Below are positions 8,792-16,279 of a stretch of 16,279 nucleotides of DNA, one piece after another. Both the position numbers and the translations under genes were made by a program. The stretch is from the NCBI GenBank assembly GCA_037381445.1, contig JARRQT010000064.1, positions 1-16,279 on the forward strand, written 5' to 3'. This DNA is from Calditrichia bacterium (lineage in GTDB: Bacteria; Calditrichota; Calditrichia; RBG-13-44-9). Position 1 is the stretch's first letter. The number at the start of each line of letters is the position of its first letter. Under the pieces are notes generated by a model. It was not told the DNA's origin. It worked only from the letters and a program-made list of their open reading frames with translations, and made no database searches.

Positions 8792-11635
8792 CTATTTGAT
8801 TTTTTTCTTCTCATATAATTCCGGATACAGCTCCCGGGCGCAGTCGGGACAAATGCTGTGGCTGAACTCCGCCTCGGAATGTTCGCGAATATAGATTTCG
8901 ATTGAATTCCAGTAGCCGCTGTCATCCCTGATTTTCTTGCAGTGGGCACAAATGGGCAACAGACCGCTCAATGTCTTGATTTTGCTCATGGCGTCGGTCA
9001 GTTCGGCGATTAACTGCTCGCGCTCTTTAATGAGATCGGTTTGCCGGACATTTACCTTTTGCAGCTCCTCATTTTTCACTCTTAATTCGCCGGTTTTATG
9101 AGTGATAATTCTCTCCAGCTTCTCCTGCCGTTTTTTCATGTAGCGCAGCCGGTAAAACGGTCCCGCCACCACCATGAAAACGAGAAGCATAATTGAGGAT
9201 GTTCTGAACCACCAGGTCTGCCAGAAAGGAGGACTTATGACAATCCCGATGGAGGTAAAATCCGGGCTCCACAAGCCGTCATTATTGGTGCCTTTCACCT
9301 TAAAAATATACTTGCCGGGGTTCAGATTTGTATAGGTTGCCATATTCTGGCGCTGCACATTTATCCAGTCGGAATCGAAGCCCTCCAGCATATAGGAATA
9401 TTGGTTTTTGCGGGGATTGGTGAAATCGAGGGCAGCAAATTCAAATGAAAAAACATAATCTTTAAAGGACAGAGGGATGGATTCAGTCAGATAAACCGGT
9501 TTATCCAGTTGGACTTCTTTGTTGAATTTTCTAAAGGAAGTTATGACCACGTGAGGAAAAACATCATTCAGTTTCACGCTGTCCGGATAAAAACTGTTAA
9601 AACCATTCAGGCCGCCGAAAAACATCTCTCCGGTCCGGCTCAGGCAATGCGCCTGGGTAAATTCGTTTCCCTGAAGCCCGTCCTCCACATCGAAATTCTT
9701 AAAAGAACCCTCAGCGGGATTGAAGCGCGAAATGCCCCGATTGGTGCTCAGCCACAAGTTTCCATGGGTGTCTTCCAGAATTCCAAGGATCACATTGTTC
9801 GGCAGGCCATCTTTATCGGTGTAATGGGAAAAAGTGGAGTCCGCTCGGTTGAATGTATTCAGTCCGCCTCCATTGGTCCCGATATATAACACATCGTTTT
9901 TGCTTTCGTAAATGCAGGTGATATGATTATGGCTGATGCTTCCCGGATTATTGGGATCATAGGTATAGTGCCGGAAACCGCTTTGCCCCGGATCCATCCG
10001 GTTCAAACCGCCCCCGGCGGTGCCGATCCAGAGCGTGTTATGATGGTCTTCGAAAACTCCTGTGACCAGGTTTTCACTCAAGCTCCGGAGATCCTCCGGA
10101 TCATTTTTATGGTGGATGAAGCGCTGATTCTCCCGGTCGAATTCATCCAGGCCGGCGCCCCAGGTCCCTACCCAGAACCGTCCCCGGCTGTCTTCGAGGA
10201 TTGCCGAAATATTGTTGTGGGCAAGACTATGCGGATTTTGAGGATCATTCTTAAATTGGGTGAACTTGTTCGTTGCTGAATCCAATTTGTTTAAGCCGCT
10301 GGCGGTGCCGATCCACAGGTCCCCGGATTTGTCCTGATAAATGGTCCAGACAATGTCCGCACACAGTCCGCTGCAATTTGCGGATTCACTGAGAAAATGG
10401 GTGAAACTGCCGGTTTTCCGGTCAAAACGGTTCAGTCCGCCGCCCCAGGTGCCAATCCAGATATTACCGCTGCGGTCTTCATAAATGGCATTGATATTAT
10501 CACTGTTTAAGCTCCCGGGCCTGTCCGCATCATGGTAAAAATGTTTAAAAGCTCTCTTACGTCTGTTCCACTTGTTGACCCCTTTTCCGCTGCCAATCCA
10601 GATGAGTCCGGAGCGATCCTCATAGAGTGCCGGTATCCAGTTATCGCTCAGCGCAGAAGGATTGCCTTTATCAGCCAGGTAGCGGATAAAGCGATTTTCT
10701 TTCGGAATGTATTCATTCACACCGTCCTCGCGGGTGCCGACCCACAGGTGTCCGTCACTGTCTTCCAGAAGCGACATCACCACATTTCCGCTCAGGCTAT
10801 ACGGATTATCAGTCTCGTTCATATAATGCGTAAATTTTTCTGTCGCGGGATCGAAATAATTCAGGCCGCCGCCCCAGGTGCCGATCCATAAACCGCCTTT
10901 GCGGCTCGGGATAATGCTTTTGACGGAATTGCTGCTCAGGCTGGCAGGATTGCCGGATTGATTTTTGAATTGCACAAACTCTTCTGTGGAGGGATCAAAT
11001 CGAAACAGACCCGCGCCGAAGGTCCCGATCCAAAGGCCTCCTGAGCTATCCTCGGAAATGGCATTCACTGCGCTCATATTGATATTTGCGGGATCTTCCG
11101 CATTTTCAGGAAAATGTGTAAAATCCCTCGTTTCCGGATTGAAGCGGTCCAGACCGCTGGTGGTTCCTACCCATATCGCACCATTCTTATCCTGAAAAAT
11201 GGTCCATATCCTGTTATGACCGATACTCCCCGGATTATTGGGATCATGCGAATAGCGCGTAAATTGACTTGTTTCCGGATCAAATTTAAAAAGTCCCCCG
11301 CCATGGGTGCCTACCCAAATATACCCGTCCCGATCTTCGAACAGGCACTGCACCCAATTATCGGAAAGGGAGGTGGAGTCGAAAGGCTTATTTTTATAAA
11401 CTGTAAAATGATAACCATCATATTTGTTCAGTCCGTCCTGGGTGCCGAACCACATGAATCCCTGGCGGTCCTGCAGGATGGCGGTTACTGAACTTTGCGA
11501 AAGCCCTTCGTCAATGGTGAGGTGATCAAATTTGATGCGTTTATTCTGAGCTGAAATATGGGAAAAAAGCAGCATAATGGCGGAGAAGACGAACAGAAAA
11601 ACTCTGGTTAAAGCATATCTGTATGAAATTCTCAT
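8792..11635 (-). CDS. Membrane-anchored sensor: signal peptide, ~14 Reg_prop beta-propeller blades, Y_Y_Y domain, TM helix, coiled coil, C-terminal Cys/His module; no histidine kinase
   Basis: Repeated (E/Q)DxxGxLWIGTxGGGLNxFD blades; YSYMLEGFDSDW...ATYTNLNPGKYIFKVKG; PPFWQTWWF plus TM; ends LSGLLPICAHCKKIRDDSGYW...FSHSICPDC. Confidence 0.9.
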   Translation of the reverse strand: MRISYRYALTRVFLFVFSAIMLLFSHISAQNKRIKFDHLTIDEGLSQSSVTAILQDRQGFMWFGTQDGLNKYDGYHFTVYKNKPFDSTSLSDNWVQCLFEDRDGYIWVGTHGGGLFKFDPETSQFTRYSHDPNNPGSIGHNRIWTIFQDKNGAIWVGTTSGLDRFNPETRDFTHFPENAEDPANINMSAVNAISEDSSGGLWIGTFGAGLFRFDPSTEEFVQFKNQSGNPASLSSNSVKSIIPSRKGGLWIGTWGGGLNYFDPATEKFTHYMNETDNPYSLSGNVVMSLLEDSDGHLWVGTREDGVNEYIPKENRFIRYLADKGNPSALSDNWIPALYEDRSGLIWIGSGKGVNKWNRRKRAFKHFYHDADRPGSLNSDNINAIYEDRSGNIWIGTWGGGLNRFDRKTGSFTHFLSESANCSGLCADIVWTIYQDKSGDLWIGTASGLNKLDSATNKFTQFKNDPQNPHSLAHNNISAILEDSRGRFWVGTWGAGLDEFDRENQRFIHHKNDPEDLRSLSENLVTGVFEDHHNTLWIGTAGGGLNRMDPGQSGFRHYTYDPNNPGSISHNHITCIYESKNDVLYIGTNGGGLNTFNRADSTFSHYTDKDGLPNNVILGILEDTHGNLWLSTNRGISRFNPAEGSFKNFDVEDGLQGNEFTQAHCLSRTGEMFFGGLNGFNSFYPDSVKLNDVFPHVVITSFRKFNKEVQLDKPVYLTESIPLSFKDYVFSFEFAALDFTNPRKNQYSYMLEGFDSDWINVQRQNMATYTNLNPGKYIFKVKGTNNDGLWSPDFTSIGIVISPPFWQTWWFRTSSIMLLVFMVVAGPFYRLRYMKKRQEKLERIITHKTGELRVKNEELQKVNVRQTDLIKEREQLIAELTDAMSKIKTLSGLLPICAHCKKIRDDSGYWNSIEIYIREHSEAEFSHSICPDCARELYPELYEKKKIK

Positions 11636-11870
11636 CTGTGTGGCCTACTGATTTTGATCTATAAAAATATGACAAACACCTGCTAATTCGGGGATGAAGA
11701 TGATATGTGATGGACCATGGCGCTCCCAAAAGGCTTAAAAAATATACAAAAATTATCGGCATCTGCCAATTGAACTTAAATTTATTTTCAGCTTTTCAAA
11801 TTTTTTCTTCCAGGCGGATTAACCCGCAAGGGGAATGTTCGCCTCATGGTGGTCGGCTTTGAATAGCCGT

Positions 11871-11899
11871 TTGAATTGCGCAGAAAATCTTCTTATATT
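11871..11899 (+). promoter_or_regulatory. Putative sigma70 promoter for mtaB
   Basis: TTGAAT (11871-11876), 17 nt, TATATT (11894-11899), 33 nt before the ATG. Confidence 0.5.
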
Positions 11900-11932
11900 T
11901 TTCCGCGATTAAATTGAAGGTTTTGCAGGAAA

Positions 11933-13219
11933 ATGAATACAAGGGTCTCTTTTTATACATTGGGCTGCCGTCTCAATCAGGCGGAAACCGCCATCCTGCA
12001 GCGGAGTTTTGAGCAGGAAGGATATCGGGTGGTTGATTTCCGTCATCCCGCCGACGTGGTGGTGATCAATACCTGCACGGTGACCGAGAACGGAGACGCG
12101 GACACCCGAAAGATTGTGAATAAGATAAACCGCACCAATCCCGAAGCAAAAATTGCGCTGGTGGGCTGTCAGGCGCAGATCCAGCGGGAAAAACTTCTGG
12201 AGCTCTCTAATGTGCACTGGGTAGTGGGTAACGCCCGCAAGATGGATCTGGCAGCAGTGCTGCGGGAGTCCGCTGACATGCCGGAAGCGCAGGTGGTGAC
12301 ACCTGTGATTACCCGGGAAAGTTTCACGCTTCCCGTGGCCGGCGTTGACCGCCAGCATACCCGTGCCAACCTGAAAATCCAGGACGGCTGCGATTTTTTC
12401 TGCTCGTTCTGTGTAATTCCCTATGCCCGCGGACGGGCGCGCAGCCGCGAATACAGTGACATCTTTTCGGAAGCCCGCCAACTGCTGGCGGCGGGACACC
12501 GCGAAATTGTGCTCACCGGCATTAACGTGGGCACCTATCGACAGGATGATAAGACAATCTTGGATGTGATTGATGATATGCTGCAGTTGGACGGGCTGGA
12601 GCGGCTCCGCATATCCTCCATTGAACCGACTACCATTCCGCAGTCCGTTATCAACCGGATGAGCGAAAATTTAGCTTTGTGCCGCCACCTGCATATCCCC
12701 CTGCAAAGCGGCAGCGATCAAATTCTGAAAGCCATGAACCGTCATTACACCGCGGCGGAGTTTGCGGATTTCATCAGGCATGCCCACAACAGCGCTCCGG
12801 GAATCTGTCTGGGAACGGATGTGATGGTGGGCTTTCCCGGTGAAACAGATGCCGGTTTTGAGGAGACCTACCATTTTCTGCTGGATTTGCCGCTGGCCTA
12901 TTTCCATGTATTCAGCTATTCCGAACGGCCCGGGGCGAAAAGCCGCAAACTGGAAAATCCGGTGCCGCAAAATGTGATAGAGCGGCGCAGCAGGAAATTG
13001 CGGGAACTGAGCGCCCGCAAACGCCGGGTGTTCATGGAGCAAAACCTTGGCTCCGTTCAGACCGTGCTGTTTGAGCAGATAAAGAAAGGTTACTGGAATG
13101 GCTTGACCGATACGTACATCCGGGTGAAGGTGAAGTCCGACGCTGATCTGCATAACCGGCTATTGCCTGTCAAACTGGAAGAAATCGATAATAACAGCAT
13201 GATGGGAACGCTGCTGTAA
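11933..13219 (+). CDS. mtaB: tRNA t6A37 methylthiotransferase MtaB (radical SAM)
   Basis: UPF0004 domain (TLGCRLNQAE, INTCTVT, VGC), LKIQDGCDFFCSFC radical-SAM motif, LRISSIEP, HVFSYSERPG. These match MtaB better than MiaB or RimO. Confidence 0.92.
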   Translation: MNTRVSFYTLGCRLNQAETAILQRSFEQEGYRVVDFRHPADVVVINTCTVTENGDADTRKIVNKINRTNPEAKIALVGCQAQIQREKLLELSNVHWVVGNARKMDLAAVLRESADMPEAQVVTPVITRESFTLPVAGVDRQHTRANLKIQDGCDFFCSFCVIPYARGRARSREYSDIFSEARQLLAAGHREIVLTGINVGTYRQDDKTILDVIDDMLQLDGLERLRISSIEPTTIPQSVINRMSENLALCRHLHIPLQSGSDQILKAMNRHYTAAEFADFIRHAHNSAPGICLGTDVMVGFPGETDAGFEETYHFLLDLPLAYFHVFSYSERPGAKSRKLENPVPQNVIERRSRKLRELSARKRRVFMEQNLGSVQTVLFEQIKKGYWNGLTDTYIRVKVKSDADLHNRLLPVKLEEIDNNSMMGTLL

Positions 13220-13232
13220 AACCGGCCCCTGC

Positions 13233-13261
13233 TTGTTATTTATACTGATCTTTCTTAAATT
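13233..13261 (+). promoter_or_regulatory. Putative promoter for the methylase-nuclease cassette
   Basis: TTGTTA (13233-13238), 17 nt, TAAATT (13256-13261) in an AT-rich spacer. Confidence 0.35.
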
Positions 13262-13318
13262 GAATCTAATAAAATAAAATGGTTGCTGGTCCGTATCTTC
13301 TTTAATTGAATAGCTTTC

Positions 13319-14370
13319 ATGAATATCGCACAATATCTGGAAAACTATGTTCTGCCTTCATCATCCGAACTGCCCTTTGAGAGCGGAACAAACTGCACCT
13401 TAGTGGAGGACATTCGCATCGGTGAAAGGCCCGTCAGAAAATTTATAAATGAGTTCTGGACTGCCAGGCAGCGGCAGGCCTCTTCAATTCATGAGATTTC
13501 CTACCGGGCATGCTTCAAACCGCAGCTCCCGTGCTTTTTTATCAAATTGCTCAGCAAAGAAGGTGATGTTGTTTACGATCCTTTTTCCGGACGGGGTACT
13601 ACAGTGATAGAAGCCGGATTGCTGGGACGCAGCATCATCGCGAATGACATTAACCCTCTGAGCCGCATACTGACCGAACCGCGTTTTTTTGTGCCTGCCC
13701 TGCGCGATCTGGAAATAAGGTTAGAGGAAATCCCTTTCCGCCAGCAAAAAGCGGCCATGGACCTCGATATGTTTTTTCATCCCGATACCCTGTCGGAAAT
13801 CATTTCAATTCGTGAATATCTGCGAGAACGGAAAACGACGGGGAAAGAGGATTCAACGGATCGCTGGATACGGATGGTGGCAACCAACCGGCTGACCGGT
13901 CATTCCGGCGGTTTTTTCTCAACAATGATGCCAGACAAACTTCTCAAATCCCCGAAGAATCAGTGCAACTGACGGTGACTTCCCCGCCATTTCTGAATAT
14001 TGTGCAGTATTCAAAGGATAACTGGCTGCGCTGCTGGTTTAATGATATCGATGCCCGGGGGATCGAAGCCGGAATCACCATGTCCAAAACGGTGAGCGGG
14101 TGGGAGGAAGTCATGGGGGGCGTTTTCCGGGAGCTCTACCGGATCACCCGTCCGGGTGGCTGGGTAACCTTTGAAGTGGGAGAGGTGAAGAACGGCTCGG
14201 TGCGGCTGGATGAACATGTGGTGCCGCTGGGTATCGCCGCCGGTTTCTCCTGCGAGGGAATTCTCATCAATCAGCAGGAATTTACCAAAACTTCCAACAT
14301 CTGGGGAATCCGGAACAACAACCGGGGCACCAACACCAACCGGATCGTGCTCTTTCAAAAATTGCTGTGA
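13319..14370 (+). pseudogene. Site-specific DNA amino-methyltransferase (N4C-like SPP[F/Y], motif I before motif IV) split into two frames: 13319..13972 and ~13912/13963..14370
   Basis: Motif I DPFSGRGTT (13577-13603) is in the first ORF. Motif IV TSPPF (13978-13992) and ELYRITRPGGW are in the -1 frame, which already reads FFLNNDARQTSQIPEESVQLTVTSPPF from 13912. Confidence 0.75.
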
Positions 14371-14405
14371 TAAAAGCATTTCCCTGAACAAATGGGGGCA
14401 TTCCG

Positions 14406-14960
14406 ATGGAAGAAAAATCCCGATATCCGCAGGTAATGGTTTCCGCAGAGATGCTGAGCGAAGCGTCGCGCCTCTGTGGCCGGGTCAGTGTGGACAGAAC
14501 CCGGGCTTCAGAGATTGACACCCTGACCGGTATTCTGGGAGAATATGTGTTTGCACAGTTCTTCTTCGGCGACTGGCGGCGGAATCTGGTGGGCAGGAAC
14601 CGGGGGGAAACCGATTTCCGGGGAATTGAGGTTAAAACATCGGCTTTTCCTTTCAATCAGAAACTCAACCTGCTGGTGAGGGAAGATTATGCCATGAAAC
14701 GCAAGCCTGCTTTTTATGTGCAGGTCGTTCTGGATGTGAATTCCCGCGCCGCTGACGCAATTATGCCCGGCACTGCTGCTTATCTGTGCGGTTTCGCCAG
14801 CAGTGCGGAGGTGGACCGGGCCCCGAAAAAGGATTTCGGTTCAAAATACGGCGGGCAGGGAGGCTATCTGTGTCACCATATCCCCATTGTGCAGCTTCAT
14901 CCCATATCCGGACTCCGGGCGGCCTGGCAGGCGTGGCGAGCTGCGTGCGGCAACAGATAA
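14406..14960 (+). CDS. Putative PD-(D/E)xK endonuclease, likely partner restriction enzyme (184 aa)
   Basis: GILGEYVF (from 14529), TDF (14610-14618), IEVKTS (from 14625) give an E...D...ExK catalytic arrangement. Lies 35 nt downstream of the methylase on the same strand. Confidence 0.65.
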   Translation: MEEKSRYPQVMVSAEMLSEASRLCGRVSVDRTRASEIDTLTGILGEYVFAQFFFGDWRRNLVGRNRGETDFRGIEVKTSAFPFNQKLNLLVREDYAMKRKPAFYVQVVLDVNSRAADAIMPGTAAYLCGFASSAEVDRAPKKDFGSKYGGQGGYLCHHIPIVQLHPISGLRAAWQAWRAACGNR

Positions 14961-14978
14961 GAATAACTGCAATTGTCT

Positions 14979-15014
14979 CCCGGCATGAGGCCGGGCAGCC
15001 GCCCCTTTCCTTTT
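14979..15014 (+). terminator. Possible intrinsic terminator after the nuclease gene
   Basis: CCCGGC-atgag-GCCGGG stem (14979-14995) overlaps an alternative GGGC-agcc-GCCC stem followed by CTTTCCTTTT. Confidence 0.35.
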
Positions 15015-15150
15015 CATTAATATCACGAAAAATTTATTAAATCCGCTGAACTTAATTCCTTTTTCTTGATTTTATTAGGAAAGAAATTGTTTTGCGGAGC
15101 ATAATTTTGTTAATTTTGGCTGCATTTGAAGAGCAAAGGGCAACACTGAC

Positions 15151-16279
15151 ATGAAAAAAGTTTATATAGAGACGTATGGCTGCCAGATGAATGAATACGA
15201 CACCGAGCTGGTGCGCGCCATTCTCCTGGAGCACGAATACAGCCTGACCGGACGAGAAGATGATGCCGATATTGTGATGCTGAATACCTGTTCTGTTCGG
15301 GAAAATGCCAACCGCAAAGTGTATAACCGTATCCATACCATCCGCCAGAATCATAACGGAAACGGCGTGATGATCGGCGTGCTGGGGTGTATGGCCTCCA
15401 ATTTTCGCAAAACGCTGCTGGAAGACCGCGAGCTGAAGCTCGATTTCGTTGCGGGACCGGACAGTTACAAGCGCCTCCCGCAGTTGATCCGCGAAGTGGA
15501 AGAAAAGGGCAGCGGCGCCTATGATGTAACGCTGTCGGAATTCGAGGATTATTCCGATGTCTACCCGGCCCGAAAAGACGGCGTAAATGCCTGGATAGCG
15601 GTGATGCGGGGCTGTAATAATTTCTGCACTTTCTGTGTGGTGCCCTATACCCGCGGGCGCGAACGCAGCCGCTCTCCGCAGAGCGTGGTGGGGGAAGTCA
15701 GGCGGCTGGCGGGAGAAGGATTCAAACAGGTGACGCTGCTGGGTCAAAATGTGAATTCATACCAGTATGAAAAGCAGGATTTCGCCTATCTGCTGCAAAA
15801 GGTCAGCGAAGTGGAGGGCATCGAGCGCATCCGGTTCACCTCGCCCCATCCCAAGGATTTTCCGCACAGCTTGCTGCATGTGGTGGCTGAAAATCCCAGG
15901 GTATGCAAACACATTCATCTTCCCCTGCAGGCCGGCAACAGCCGGGTGCTGGAGGCGATGAACCGCACCTATACCAAAGAAGATTATCTTCATCTGGCGT
16001 CGGATATCCGCGAACACTATCCCGAAATGGTAATTACCACCGATATCATCGTGGGATTTCCTACGGAAAGCGATGCCGAATTTGAGGATACCGTGGCGGT
16101 GATGCGGGAGGTGGCATACGATTCCGCTTTCATCTTCAAATATTCGGAAAGGAAAGGCACCATTGCCGCCCGCCGTTATCCCGATGATGTGCCTGAAGAG
16201 AAAAAAACGGAACGGATTGTTCTGCTGAATGAAATTCAGAAAGAAATTCCTCTCAGAAAAAACCGGGCGCATATCGGAC
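15151..16279 (+). CDS. miaB: tRNA i6A37 methylthiotransferase MiaB, 3'-truncated by the window edge (absent from the ORF track)
   Basis: MKKVYIETYGCQMNEYD, LNTCSVRENA, GVLGCMA, MRGCNNFCTFC (Cys cluster 15613-15636), LLGQNVNSY, RFTSPHPKDF, TDIIVGFP, FKYSERKGT. Frame stays consistent to the last base. Confidence 0.96.
   Translation, partial: MKKVYIETYGCQMNEYDTELVRAILLEHEYSLTGREDDADIVMLNTCSVRENANRKVYNRIHTIRQNHNGNGVMIGVLGCMASNFRKTLLEDRELKLDFVAGPDSYKRLPQLIREVEEKGSGAYDVTLSEFEDYSDVYPARKDGVNAWIAVMRGCNNFCTFCVVPYTRGRERSRSPQSVVGEVRRLAGEGFKQVTLLGQNVNSYQYEKQDFAYLLQKVSEVEGIERIRFTSPHPKDFPHSLLHVVAENPRVCKHIHLPLQAGNSRVLEAMNRTYTKEDYLHLASDIREHYPEMVITTDIIVGFPTESDAEFEDTVAVMREVAYDSAFIFKYSERKGTIAARRYPDDVPEEKKTERIVLLNEIQKEIPLRKNRAHIG

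Noticed and set aside
9700..11460. Recurring DNA words such as GCCGCCCCAGGTGCC.ATCCA, suggesting a CRISPR or tandem repeat
   Set aside because: They encode the WIGTWGGGL propeller blades and are degenerate at synonymous positions.
13220..15010. Target-site duplication or att sites flanking the methylase-nuclease block (CCGGCCCCT versus CCGCCCCT)
   Set aside because: Too short and imperfect, and no recombinase gene is present.

Overview
Bacterial chromosomal window of mostly housekeeping genes, with moderate-GC coding regions and AT-rich spacers. Left to right: the 3' part of an MDR/quinone-oxidoreductase gene and an aldo/keto reductase (+); a minus-strand run transcribed pncB -> uvrA -> DmsC-like membrane protein -> 4-TM hypothetical; a secreted YbhB/YbcL (PEBP) protein (+); a 947-aa beta-propeller/Y_Y_Y membrane sensor with no kinase, ending in a small CxxC...HxxCxxC domain (-); then mtaB and miaB (+, miaB runs off the end and is missing from the ORF track). 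Between mtaB and miaB sits a probable restriction-modification cassette: an amino-methyltransferase split across two frames at a T_TTT_TTC run, followed by an apparently intact PD-(D/E)xK nuclease. Most notable: (1) the split methylase beside an intact nuclease, (2) the kinase-less sensor with a putative Zn-binding output module, (3) a ~210-nt pncB leader with mutually exclusive pairings, (4) an orphan DmsC-like anchor coupled to an unknown membrane protein. All calls come from motifs read by eye; no searches were run.
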